The position numbers were made by a program, and so were the translations under genes. Below the pieces are notes generated by a model. It searched no databases. It was not told where the DNA came from and worked only from the letters and a program-made list of their open reading frames with translations. From NCBI GenBank assembly GCA_965644265.1, contig OZ286459.1:128030001-128094000 (forward strand): a stretch of 64,000 bases of DNA, given 5' to 3'. Of this stretch, positions 34,432 to 47,292 are shown piece by piece. The stretch is from Glycera tridactyla (lineage: Eukaryota). Positions within the stretch are counted from its first letter, which is position 1. Each line of letters begins with the position of its first letter.

Positions 34432-35097
34432 CAAGCCAAAAAATAATTTGGGCATTTGGAACACATTTCATGGACCTGTTGCCAGTACAATCTGGAAATA
34501 TGTCTCTGACATGATTTCTATCACTAAAAAAATGTGTGTGAATGTGAGTGCCAGGTTTCGTGATACATTGACCTCTGGGGGTAACACACTGCCAGCGCTC
34601 TGGCTTAACTGCCTCCATTGCAGATCCATTTCAGTGGATCGGCCGTGGGGCAGAGGACAAGAGCGTTGGCAGTTTGTTGCTGGCGAGGGTGCCAAACTGG
34701 AAGGTTGATGGTTCAAATCCCATACAAGCCAAAAAATAATTTGGGCATTTGGAACACATTTCATGGACCTGTTGCCAGTACAATCTGGAAATATGTCTCT
34801 GACATGATTTCTATCACTAAAAAAATGTGTGTGAATGTGAGTGCCAGGTTTCGTGATACATTGACCTCTGGGGGTAAACACACTGCCAGCGCTCTGGCTT
34901 AACTGCCTCCATTGCAGATCCATTTCAGTGGATCGGCTGTGGGGCAGAGGACAAGAGCGTTGGCAGTTTGTTGCTGGCGAGGGTGCCAAACTGGAAGGTT
35001 GATGGTTCAAATCCCATACAAGCCATAAAATAATTTGGGCATTTGGAACACATTTCATGGACCTGTTGCCAGTACAATCTGGAAATATGTCTCTGAC
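34432..35097 (+). repeat. Head-to-tail array of 293-294-bp units (about 2.3 copies visible) with a tRNA-like segment; SINE-like
   Basis: Unit starts at 34432, 34725 and 35019. A-box-like TGGGGCAGAGG at 34646-34656 and B-box GGTTCAAATCC at 34710-34720. The array runs into an N-gap, and a 34-bp body fragment recurs at 7277-7310. Confidence 0.8.
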
Positions 35098-37469
35098 ANN
35101 NNNNNNNNNNNNNNNNNNNNNNNNNNNNNNNNNNNNNNNNNNNNNNNNNNNNNNNNNNNNNNNNNNNNNNNNNNNNNNNNNNNNNNNNNNNNNNNNNNNN
35201 NNNNNNNNNNNNNNNNNNNNNNNNNNNNNNNNNNNNNNNNNNNNNNNNNNNGGAGTCCACCATGTATGTGGAGTATAGATTTTTGCCCATTCATAGTACA
35301 AGTACCCAGTGATCATATCTCCGTACTTATAATGTGTCTTGTCTCCCAGCAGGTGTTTTCTGTATTCCCGCCGGATTGTACAAGCCAGATTGTTGTACAA
35401 TTGGTCACATCAACCTAACACGCTCCATACAATACTCCCTATTCAAGACATACATGTACTCTGTATGTCCTCGTGGTTTGTGACAAATTGTCAGACAGAA
35501 AATGTGATCTTGTCTGACAACTTCATTGCTGGTTGGAACTTCGACTTAGTTATTCTCACATTGTCTGACTTTTTTCGTACATGTGGAGAATCTGAGAGTT
35601 GTCTGAGATTGGACTTCGTTGTCTGATTTGACGGAAGATTTGGGTGATTTTTCATCAGAATTATTTGTTTCTCTCAATTCCGCATCATTAGTGCTGTAAT
35701 ATCCTGATATCATTCCCACGTCTCATTGTTATCCATGACTTTCACTTTTTTCCGTTTTCACTCAATGAAATGTGCCACTGTACTGGAAGAACAAAATTGT
35801 GCTTTTCTTTCCTGTCATATTTTTTCCTGGCCTTCTTGTCTATGCAATCATGTCGCATCTCCACTGTAACTGCAAGTTGTTGGAGCAGGCAGTCATAAAC
35901 ACCATGCNNNNNNNNNNNNNNNNNNNNNNNNNNNNNNNNNNNNNNNNNNNNNNNNNNNNNNNNNNNNNNNNNNNNNNNNNNNNNNNNNNNNNNNNNNNNN
36001 NNNNNNNNNNNNNNNNNNNNNNNNNNNNNNNNNNNNNNNNNNNNNNNNNNNNNNNNNNNNGAGGAAATATGACATATGAGCCTAAACTGAATTCCCTAAG
36101 AGGTACATCCACACAGCTTAATATTGTTGGAAGGTGCATCTAAAAAATCTCAAATGTCCATTTTGTAGAACAATTGGATTCCTCATCACTTTGCTATTTG
36201 TGTAAATTTGAGAAAGCTGTGGATTATCTGAAGTTTCTTGTGGGAATGAGTGGAGGGGGAGTTGGTGTGTAGAACCTGGCAGAGGTGTTCTGTTCGTGAG
36301 GTCAGTTGTGGGGAACCAGCAGGGAGGCAAATGGGCGGAGTCAGCTGATGTCAGTCAGGCAGCTGTGGCTGGTGGGGGCAGCCAATCAGCATGCAGCAGA
36401 CGCTGGCTGCGGTGAAGCATCCCGGTGTGGTAGGCGGGTCCCCCTGGTGGCTACCGCTGAGTTTGATGGTGATGTTCTGTGTGTGTATCATCAATGGTGG
36501 CCCCTTGAACATATCGGATAAAGAGGTAGAGGTGGTAAGACAAGGGGGAGCTAGTAGCCGTGTGGGATTGTGTCTTCATGTACATTCATGAGCATCATTC
36601 GCATCCATCCATAGCAGTACCTTTTACTTGGACTGGTACTTACTACTCTTTATGATATTATTATACCGCCTATGTGGACTTACTGGTGACAGTACGCGTG
36701 CATGTTGCCACGACAACCCAGCATCCTCACGACCTCATGCACAACTCTCTTATGTACCTGGATCGTGATCGCTGTATAGGTAGGTACCAACTTGTCTGTT
36801 CATCCATCCGTTCATCTCGGTTTGTGGTATCCTTGGTTGTGATGGATATGGTGTCATCCATTCCCATGTTATAGATGACACCACTTGTATAGTTGAGTGA
36901 CACCATCACAACATCAGAGGACCCTCTGCTTCTTTCAGACACCCCTAATGTTATGGCGGCCACAACTGTTTTCCCCTATTACTGCTGGTTATAATCATTG
37001 GATGCATATCCTCATATATTGGCACTGTAAAGCTTGAAATACCAGAGAAGTCAGCATGGCTCTTGGTGAAGCATTGAATCCCATTGAACGCTGACACAAT
37101 TACCTGCTAGTTGACACTGATCCGCCATAATGGTTTACACATGAGTGAAATGCTAGAAGTCGGCAAGTTGAAATGCCAGTTGGGAAAAGTGTATGTTACG
37201 GCTGCTACGTTGCTTGTCATATATCACAGGACCATCACACTGTGTGTCTATTCACTTCACCCATGGTATATTCTACTCAACACCACCCCCTCAACGCTTT
37301 CACTTGCAACCCATATAATTTTGAAAATTAACTGAATTTTATTTTTTCGTTGAGTATTGGCTTCATTACCAGCCATGGCTGAAGCTGGGAGTAGGTCCGT
37401 ATATGCTAGTCCTAGGCTGAAGCTAATGAAATCAGCCTATGGCATCAACTTCAGTGTGATGGTACTTAC

Positions 37470-37685
37470 CTGTATCACATACGTGCTTCCTGGTTACTGA
37501 ATTTGTCCACTTGGAGTAAGCTGTTGAGATTCTTATTCCTATTCTCATCCTCATATAGTCAGTTGCTGGTTGAGTCTCTGGTCCAGTGTATGATGCTTGT
37601 TGGACATTATATTTGACATAATCATCCACCACATCACTCTGGCAGATTAAAATCTCATCTGAAAATTTGGTCATTGTGATGGTCT
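37470..37685 (-). CDS. Candidate 216-nt internal exon, phase 1-1, (E)TITMTKFSDEILICQSDVVDDYVKYNVQQASYTGPETQPATDYMRMRIGIRISTAYSKWTNSVTRKHVCDT(G)
   Basis: Acceptor ATATTTCATTCAG, consensus donor CAG|GTAAGT, open frame. The C-terminal part weakly resembles the fibronectin type III F-G strands. Confidence 0.4.
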
Positions 37686-37852
37686 CTGAATGAAATATCA
37701 CATCAGCAACAAGTACAACAGCTACAACAACTATGGTTGAATAATAATATTAATGATAATATTAATAACAATAATAGTATTGACAATATTAATGATAATA
37801 ATAGTATTGACAATATTAATGATAACAGTAATATTAATAATTTGGGCAATAC

Positions 37853-38017
37853 CTCCCTTAGTCATTTCACATGAAGACTTATTGGTATTGTACTCCAAAT
37901 GATCTATGTGTGCATCTGCATTTTGCAATAAGAGGTTATAGATTACTTCCTTAAAAATCATCATCACTATAGAGCTGGGTTTCAGCATGATACCCACTAC
38001 ATGACCTGATTTGTCAT
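37853..38017 (-). CDS. Candidate 165-nt exon, phase 1-1, DKSGHVVGIMLKPSSIVMMIFKEVIYNLLLQNADAHIDHLEYNTNKSSCEMTKG
   Basis: Acceptor AATCATCATCAG and donor GAG|GTATTG. It joins in frame to 37470-37685 across a 167-nt AT-rich GT-AG intron. Confidence 0.3.
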
Positions 38018-40308
38018 CTGATGATGATTACAACAGCGAAATTGGCATTTGTGACATTCAGACTCTTGAGTAAACTGTGAGGTTTCCAAACTTGACGGAT
38101 GATGAGGAAAATTTTCTGTGGGAGATATTGCACATGCTGATTTAAGAAGTCAGTCTATGTTATGAAATTGGCTCTGTTAGCTGGTTCAGGCAATGAGCTC
38201 ATTATTAAAAGAGAACCTCATGATCATGGTAAAGAACCAATCTGTTGTTATGCCAATTATAACTTCAAAAATCGAAATGATTATAGGAGGTTCAGGCCTG
38301 AAACTTGAAATACTTTCATACAAAAGGTTTGTGATCCTGCAAGAAAGTATAAGGTCAACTTTCCTAGGAAAATGTGGGAAAATATTTGGATTTCGAAGCT
38401 AGATATGATGATATATCTGACATTGATTTCTATTTCAAGCATTACTCATGTATCCATGAGCTGAAAACTGCTGAACTGCAAAGTGCTGAGAATGATCATC
38501 ATTCAGTGTGTATTGAGAATTATTGAGAATGACCCATGGTTGTAGCTGCTCTGACTTCAAGCATGTTGTTCTGGGAAGTGATAGGGTGCAGGGAAATCAG
38601 AGTCAGGTTTGGAGAAAACGAGGAAAAAGTAAAAGATTTTTATTTGAAAAAAATGTGTTCAAAGCTAGTATATTATGGCTTCTGAAGAACCACAAAAAGG
38701 CATTCAGTTATTGAAAGCATTGATGTTTGCTCTGGATGTTACCATATTTATTATAAAATTGAAAATTATGAAAGTTGGGAATGGAATGATGGGGACAGAT
38801 TGCTGCGAGTCACCATGGTTGAATTATTCATATCAGAGGCCATTATGGACCTATAGCAAAGATTTGAATGTCATTCAATGGATTTTGTCACAATGGCTAA
38901 TTTGGGTAGTTTGCCAAGTTAATTTTGAGAATTTTGAAGACTGTAAGAAGCGATGATTAGCTGGTGTTTGTGCCTTGTCTTGACTCCTTAGACTTGTAAT
39001 TCGCCTGACAGCATGGAGAAGTAACATCGGAGAGAGCGGGAGTGAGTGCATTGAGGATGCCGGTAGTTTACTGGATGGGGTGGCTTCAATTTGTAACCCT
39101 CCCTCCCAGCGATGAAATATTGAGTCCTTCTGGCCGTAGCTGGGGTTGAATCAATTTATTTTACAGCCGCCCTGTTGATATAAGCTGAGTTGGTTGCTCT
39201 TGGGGGCGGCTGATATTAGTTTAATGGCTATGCAGTTATCACACCTTGAAGTCACCCCATGATCAATCATACTCGGTTGTATTCATTTTATATTAACTCA
39301 GAAAAATGGGGTAGACATTACAATCAAGATCTGTTCCTGAACTAGCCCCGGACTTATTCACTCATCTGTCTAGTACTAAATGCTCCTTCCAGAAATATTT
39401 TCAATTTTCTCACTAGATTGAAAACCTCCTTCGTTCTATTTTTTTTAATTGCCTTTCTACAGAACTATGCTGACCAAAATGTATTCTGTATTTTGTACTG
39501 GGCTGCTTTGATACATATTAACCTGCAGATGTTTTGTCGGGTTTTAGTTGGACTGTTGAAGCCAGGAGTACACTATATTTTGTACTTTCTTTCAAAATAC
39601 AAAATATGGGAACAATAAACATCATATCTACAATCAGGCCTTTCCATTCATATTGCAGAGAAGAGCACTTAATGTTGATTATTTTGGATTTTAGATCATG
39701 GAGATGGGACCAGAATTAGTGGAGATGGAGCACAGGGTTTAAATGCAGTATTAGTAGCTATCAGTCAGCAGTCGGGGTTTCTTGGTCCACAAAATCTTGG
39801 TGAAAATTGCCTCTGGTCAACTTTCCAGGGTTGTTTGTTGTGCGCCAATCACATCCCTATCAAATATAATGAGGAGTCCATGGATATATATATAAACACA
39901 AGATATTGGAATTAATGGATGAAGTCATCAGTTGTCCAGTGTTTCCAGGATGTGATGAAGTCTATGTGTGATGTAGCCGTGCAAGCCGATTCCTTCCGAC
40001 TACCAGTGTACCCCACTTCCCATACATCATCTTGTCCCATACTTGTTGGTAATTCCTGCTGTCAAAAGAACAAAAACAGAACCCCAAAAATTATCCCACT
40101 ACATCTGCAGTAGCATATAAGAAAGATGTAGATTCTCAATTATTCATCCTCCCATGTAAATTTGTTGAATGAATTGAAACCAGCTATTTGGCAAGGACAT
40201 TGGGAATGTAAATTCCATATGTTGAGGCTGGATTTGTTACAAAGATGCCAACCATTCAATGTAATTGGATTATGTAATGTATCAAGACCTTGATATATCT
40301 CATTTTAG

Positions 40309-40411
40309 GCTCAGATGTATCATCTTTTCTTGCTCTCTCTGCTTCAAACTCTCTTGATAAAATACCTTTTGTGTCGGGCATAAATGTGGAAAGAGCCAAT
40401 TATCCCAACAG
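40309..40411 (+). CDS. Candidate exon, phase 1-2, (G)SDVSSFLALSASNSLDKIPFVSGINVERANYPN
   Basis: Acceptor ATCTCATTTTAG, donor CAG|GTATGA, open frame. Confidence 0.3.
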
Positions 40412-43400
40412 GTATGATATGAACCGCTTATATGGTATCTTCACAGTGTTGAGAAAAAAAAATCACCCATTTAAATGAACAAATTTGTAACAAGCATTCA
40501 ATGCGAACCAAGCTACTATCTCCATACATAATGTGCACCTAGGACTGTGGTGAATGCTTGCAAAGCTATGGTTCTGAAAACAGACAAAATGTTGCTCTCC
40601 AGTCTTCATTGTCCATCAGTTTTGGTGGAGCACTCACTGAAAGTGTGCTTTATGCGTTGGTTTTGTTGGATATGACCTCGTGTACGAATGACAGATGTAC
40701 TGAATGTCATCCAATCTGTCTCTGGAGCTGAGAGCTTTTTATGATTAATGCGACTATGTGATGGCTCACGCTTTCAAAGATTTTGTCATCACTTGCGCTG
40801 CGGCCATGTTGGAGAATTGTCATGTCTTCCCCCCAGAAAGGAACGGACACTACGAAGTGAACATCTGATTGCCCGTTTAGACTCACAGTGCCTAATCAGG
40901 TAAAAACGGCATAATCTGCCGCAGTTGAGTTTTTATATCATTCTACCATGCTTCATATTTCATTCCATGATCTCAGATGGATCATAGGTAGTCCTTATAG
41001 GATGATCTTAAGTTCAGAAGTCATTGGAAAAGATTTGGTAAGTGATTGCGTGCTTGTATTGGTCAGATATCATGGTATTTTTAGAGCTCAGACATAACCC
41101 CAGGTCGATGTTGGGTGGTGTGGGCAGATATTAGTCAGATATGGCTGCTCTCACTATCATAATTATGGCAGATTGAGCGCCCTGAGCGAGCTATCATCAG
41201 GCATGTCTATTTCGCTCTTCGTGCAACACAGCGCGGCCCAAAATAACAATCATACTTTAGATATATCCAGGCGATACCTATTCTGCTGAAATATTCTGTT
41301 ATGATATTTGTGGAAAATTTTGAGTTAGTTCATTATTCCAAATTTGCAGCCAGTTCATTACCCAAAAATACAAAATAAACCAAACAGCGACTTTTCTTTA
41401 ATCATGATTGAGGAAATCATGGTGTACCAACTTATCCCGTATATTTTCACTCCCTTCCCCCTCATCAATAATTTTGTCGTACATGATAATTTCACGTGTC
41501 CATTGACAAAGTGTTAAATCATCTTCTGGTTGGATATTGGTAGAATTCTGTCTAATTTGTGAAGTTTGCATGAAGGTAGAGAAAAGTTTTCAGAAGGCTG
41601 GAGGATGATTTTGGGGTTGACCGCAGTGTGTACATTCCTCTTGCGATGAGTAGCTCAGGCAATGTTTTGCCACTGACCGTGCTCCATCGAGAGAACAATG
41701 CAGACCAGATCTGCCGCTCTTCACGCACTCTACTTATGCCCTTGGATTAAATCGGTTCCCATGACAACCTGTGATTATGGGTGACTTTCAAAGTTAAGCC
41801 CTTCATTATGTCACCAAGGGGTGGTTAGCTGGGTTAGACACTGTGATGTAAGGACGATTAGTGATTAGTGCCTGCTCTCTCGACCCCCCTCATCTTCTCA
41901 CCTGGGTATATTGGATGTACCCCACACCTGCCTATCCACCCCTCTGTCACCACGCTCTGTCATGTCTCACCACCCTCTGTCATGTCTGCCCTCTCAGGCA
42001 TAACTATTAAAATTTCACTATCAAGATGGCAGTAGAGGAATTCCGTTGGTGTTCGAGACAATTGAATTTTTACATGCAACTCTGATTATTCCAACGTATA
42101 CTGAAATTCTGAATTTGGATATTCAGTGAGAATTATGTTTCATCTAGGCAGCCCAGAATATGAACTACTTTGAGTGAATCTTGTATCCAAAATGTTTGAC
42201 ATAATTGACATAATAACTGCCACGTCATAGTATGCGTAGTGTATTCTCTAGCTGCGGCTCTCAAAAAAAAACGCAGAATCCACTTCAGATAATCATTATT
42301 TCATGCAATTTTTCACGGCTGATAGTATCAAATTTGGAATCAACTTGATAACCCATTGAGTGATTGCAGCCTCACCCTATATTTTACTGAGTTTAGACTA
42401 ATGTATACAGTGTTTAAAATACCCATCATTTTGGGGCAATTTTTCTTCAGTGGCATGATAATGATAATGATGGAGCTGTTAGGTTATGTTATATCCATTA
42501 TCGCTTGTCAAGTTGTCATTTATGGTTGATATAGGCACCATTTGTCAATTATACATGCATTTATTGATGATAATGTAGAGCTATTTTCGAGATTTCAAGT
42601 CAAGATCACATAATCATTGATTCGACACAATCAAAATGACAGGGATGGTGATGTTGTGAGGTTTTATTTCTCGATAACTCTCAGTTTCTATCTAGTATGT
42701 TTTCATCAGAAACCTTCATCCTGTCTCTCGGGGCAGACTCTCGACTCATTGACAGTCTCCTCTAATGTGGTTTTCCCGGCTTCTTTTTACATAAATTTTT
42801 TCTTCCTATGTTGTATTCAGGGTTGCAGATTTTCTTGTTTGGCCTGAATCTATCACTGTATACTGAACATCCTGACATACTAGAGAAACGTGACTCAGAA
42901 TAATCAGTGTGATGGAGATGAATTACTGAGGGATTGATTGAATCAATTAGAATTGAATTTGATTCAATTCTTATAATGAATATTGCCGTCTTAGAATTGA
43001 TTTTATCGAATTTCTTTTTTTTAGCAAGACACAACCCATTATTAAATGCATTTTATCAACTTAAATGTCCTTGTCATGATCCATTTGGATATATTTCTTG
43101 ATATTTACTCTCAGCTTCTCGTGAGTCTTTTTAACAGATGACTAGTATTATATTAGTTTGGGGTATTTGCCTCATGAGGCGCTTCTCTCATAATTCAGAA
43201 TGAAGCATGTATGTTATGCTTGATCTGTCACCTAGGAGGATCTATATGACTGACTAAATTTGATTTAAAAATCCTGGAATAAACATTGAGAAATGATAGT
43301 AAATACTGATTAGTAGATGTATTGTGACGTTTGCATGCCTGCAGCAGTTGACAACATGCATGCCTTAATGGCTGCTGGACTTACATGCATGTCATCCTGT

Positions 43401-43930
43401 ACAGAGGAGTTGGCAAGCGGGCAGGCACCACTCCTAGTATTGTATAACATAAAGTCAGCGGGCCCACTTTGTTCTTGAGTGCCCATTTCACCAACAACTG
43501 CTGGTCTTATAGTTGGCATGGGCATTATCGGTTGCTATGGTTTTCCTTGTAACCCTGGATACTAGTTGCTGCCGGACACAGATTTGCCTACTCTACATCC
43601 ATGATGAGTTGGTCCTGTGACCAGCATGCCTCGGGCTGGAGGCATCGTGGCATGGAGCTGGGGAAACCTGTTGTTATTCTTTTAATGTTTATGTGTGTGA
43701 TCACATGCAAATTAGCAGTCGGGCTATTTAACCTGATTTACTGGATTAGAGGTGCTATATGCAAGACATGGCCACCAGTTGCGGGATGCATGTGACATGC
43801 ATGCAGTCACTCAGGCGTGATATGCACATGCATTTTGCGCCAACCTGTGTTCGGTTGAAGGAAGGTGTACATTCGCAGGGGAGATTGCATGGGTTCACAA
43901 GCAAACACACTCACCCACACCCACACCCAA

Positions 43931-43932
<2 letters not shown>

Positions 43933-44000
<68 letters not shown>
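43933..44000. repeat. Interrupted (CA)n microsatellite
   Basis: Direct reading. Confidence 0.9.
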
Positions 44001-44004
<4 letters not shown>

Positions 44005-45100
44005 GAATTCTGTGACCATATGGGTAATATGCAGTAACTCCCTGTAACCACCAGTCACTCTACATCAACCACTTGGAATATGAAGATAATTGTGAAATAG
44101 AGAGGGAACCGTATGACGATTGGTAAGGGTTCATGGGATTTATAGTCATATCTTATAGGTGGCACCTGTAATTGGAGATGGTCCTGAATGTCACTGAACC
44201 AAAAAGTGGTCCCTCAAAAGAGGGGTGTCTGTCATCAGAAATGCATCAATTTCAAATGGAGAGCTACTGTGAGAAAACACTCTCCCTCTGTCTGTTCTCC
44301 ATTTTGTATTTGCTTTTCGCATGCTACTAATATTAGAGACTGTATCCTTCAATTTTTACCATCTTTATTGCAAAATTTGCATCAAAATTGCTTCCATTAT
44401 TAGAAGGCCAGGAGAATAACAACTTTTTTCCCCAGATAATGTTCATAATCTCGTCAACACAGTGGATTTAGAGGCAGCTTTATCAGACAAGGCATCTATA
44501 TCCATTTGTCTGCATTAGTTGAAATATAATTAAAAGTTCTGATTGAAATCTGCGTGATGTTCGCCTCCGGGGGCGCAAAGTTAACATGCCATTTAGTGGA
44601 ACTATTAATTAAGAATGATGAAAAGCATGTAATTGAAAATAAAAATGATGTTATAATTAGTGCAAGAGATGATGGCGCTTGGAAGAACACCCTGATTTTA
44701 TGTGTTGGAAGCACGCTAACTGATTTCCAAGGTGGTACTCATGCAAACTATCGGCTCAAAAAAAAATCTGCTGCACGTCATCATGAAGCGGCGACATTCA
44801 TCTACCTGTTCTTTCCTCCAGCTTCAGCATCAGCATTCAAATATATTGGAATATGTGTGTCCATTTCTCAGCAGGCATTCAGGAAAATATAAGTCCTTCA
44901 TGGCAAGCATTTGTGAGATTCTGCTGTTGGGTGGATAATAAATTACAGCTTATATTTTGGGTTACGAGATAGGCCTCTGTAGAATCTGTTTTAGGGTGTG
45001 CTGCGTGAATTTTCAAGCCAACATAGAGTAATAAGAGTATTTTATTACCCAGGGAATGCTACTTCAATTCTCTGTCTCTTATGTTGGGCCCAGAAATCTA

Positions 45101-45256
45101 TGGCAGAACCTGCTATGAGAGACTACCCTAAATGTCACCCATAGTGATCTCAAACAAAGCATTTTTGAATAAATCAAATAGAAAAGCCCCACTGAGGAAG
45201 CTGTCTCCTGTCAGAGGTGGTACCTTGTGAGGGGTCTCTCATTACAGGTTTCACTG
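45101..45256 (-). mobile_element. MITE family B, degenerate copy
   Basis: GAACCTGCTATGAGAGAC start; GGTCTCTCATTACAGGTTTCACTG end. Confidence 0.7.
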
Positions 45257-45725
45257 TGCAGGGAGAGATCCCTACTCAGTGGACTTGTATGTGGAGATCG
45301 ACGAATGAGCGATCAATGTGTGTGAGTGTCAGATTTTGATAATTCCGTGAAATACTGATGCGATCTCTTGGGTTAAAGCATTTCGATGCTGATGGTGAGA
45401 ACGCTGCATTCGGAATCAATGTGCGAGTGACTGGAACATCCACGTGGTTCGTGTGGGTCACATCCTCACGTTTTGCTTCATGGTCCGAACGTGATATTTA
45501 GACAGCTTGCTGACTACAGAGATGGGGCGTTAGACATGGCGTATTTGCTTAGGAAGCACATGCCGGCACCATTGATTCACAAGGATATGGATGCTTCTCA
45601 CTCTAACTCATCAGCAATCCTTATGGCATCCTCCTGATGATTTGGGGGAGGGGGGATTTCTAAATGTGGCATGCCACATTTGGTCCCATGTTATTAGTCT
45701 TGGTTAAGATATTAGGATGAAATTT

Positions 45726-45878
45726 TGTTTCACGACACACCATTGAAACTATGTTTCACGATACACCATTGAAACTATGTTTCACGATACACCATTGAAA
45801 CTATGTTTCACAAGACACCATTGAAATTATGTTTCACGATACACCATTGAAACTATGTTTCACGATACACCATTGAAA
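45726..45878. repeat. 26-bp minisatellite, about 6 copies, TGTTTCACGATACACCATTGAAACTA
   Basis: Unit starts at 45726, 45752, 45778, 45804, 45830 and 45856; there are no spacers. Confidence 0.95.
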
Positions 45879-47136
45879 TGCACATTTGTGGATTTAAATC
45901 TGAGATCTCCTGCATGGCACCAACTGCCTAGCCTGTGAAGAAGCGAGCTGTCTTTGAAGGTGAGCTATTCAGGCCGCTTTATGATGATATTGAGATGATT
46001 ATTCTCCCAAAATCTGCACCAGTTTTGCTATCTTTTTTACCCAGGTGAAGCCTTTTGAAACTTGAGTCTATTTGCTTCCAAATGACCTCACACTCTGGAA
46101 AATATCACTGGAGAATGTCACTTCTATTCAGATGTACAGACTATGAATAGAGTTTATCCACATGCATGCTTGGTATTGGCTCACATACATAGGTTCTCTC
46201 GTTCTCTCTCACTCCCTCTCTCTCTCTTGGCTCCTCAATATTTTGAACACTACACACATTGAATCAGACTTTTCAGTAAATTTGTAATTTGGCGAGTACT
46301 TGGCTAGTACTGGTTTGATGTGGTCTAGTCCTAGTCCAGTATTGATACACTTCCAAACGTCAGTGCGCCCCTTCCAATCTTTATGATTCCCAAATGGACA
46401 GATTTATTCATGAAAGCGTGCTAGTGCTTCCCAACCACAAAGATGTAAATTTGCTCTAGTGAATGTATGTTAGCTGGTATTGACTGCTATATAATATATG
46501 AAGCTACAGCGCGGAGGTTTGTATTCTTTTTTTGTGAGTCTCTCACATATGTAGATGTGGGGCGAGCGCTTTACACCACACATTATTTATCCTCCTTGAG
46601 GCACGCGCCTCCCTGATCAATTTCACTTAGCATAGTCACAAATGTATTTGTCCCTCTTATGTTGGGAACATTCACAGTTGAAATGTTGTATTTCAACATT
46701 TATGATTTTACCGGATATTTGAAATGATGTAAAGTGAGGAGTTGAAACTCAAAATTTTACTCCGAGAAAGAGATGTTTTTGCTCTTTTGATTAATTATGC
46801 GAGTAGTAATATATCTCACTTTAGGCTTTTCTTGAATGCCTCTAGCTTTTTAGTACATCCTGGCCCCCTCCATCATTAGCTGTACATATCACCTCCCCCT
46901 ACCACAGAATACCAGTAATTTTTAGTAGGAGCACAGAAATAAATGGTGTACTGTGTTGCTCAGTGCATTAAGTAAAAGGAGCATGAAAATGTAGTTGATA
47001 TAGTGATGCAGCTAAGTTTTCCAACCATCAGAGACTCAATGAAGACCATTGCAGGGGTCTGTGATACTGATCAGCTAGAGGATTGTGGATCGTTGTGGAT
47101 GGTTTTGCTTCACTTTTGTACATTTTGGACTGAATA

Positions 47137-47292
47137 CAGTAGAACCTGTGATGGAAGAACCTTTAAGATAGATCACTTATCTCAAGAAACCCCTATTCAT
47201 GAGCCCCTATTCTATATGACAAGTGTCAAAAATATTACCTGTTTCGTAAGACTTGCAATTTTTCAAGTAGTCTCTGATCACAGCTTTCACTG
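47137..47292 (+). mobile_element. MITE family B-like, strongly degenerate copy
   Basis: TA-CAGTAGAACCTGTGAT ... ATCACAGCTTTCACTG-TA termini. Confidence 0.65.

Noticed and set aside
34639-34730. Functional tRNA gene
   Set aside because: A- and B-box-like motifs are present, but the acceptor and T stems pair poorly, I could not assign an anticodon, and it sits in a repeat unit; treated as SINE-like.
34468-35400. 310-aa minus-strand ORF
   Set aside because: It spans an N-gap and the tandem 294-bp units; the peptide repeats mirror the DNA repeat.
36877-36915. Carboxylesterase-like motif DVVMVSLNYTSGV (minus strand)
   Set aside because: There is no upstream HGGG-type motif, no downstream LGFL, and no well-supported splice sites; probably chance.
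45726-45878. CRISPR array
   Set aside because: Repeats are contiguous with a constant 3-nt linker, with no unique spacers, no cas genes, and a eukaryotic context.
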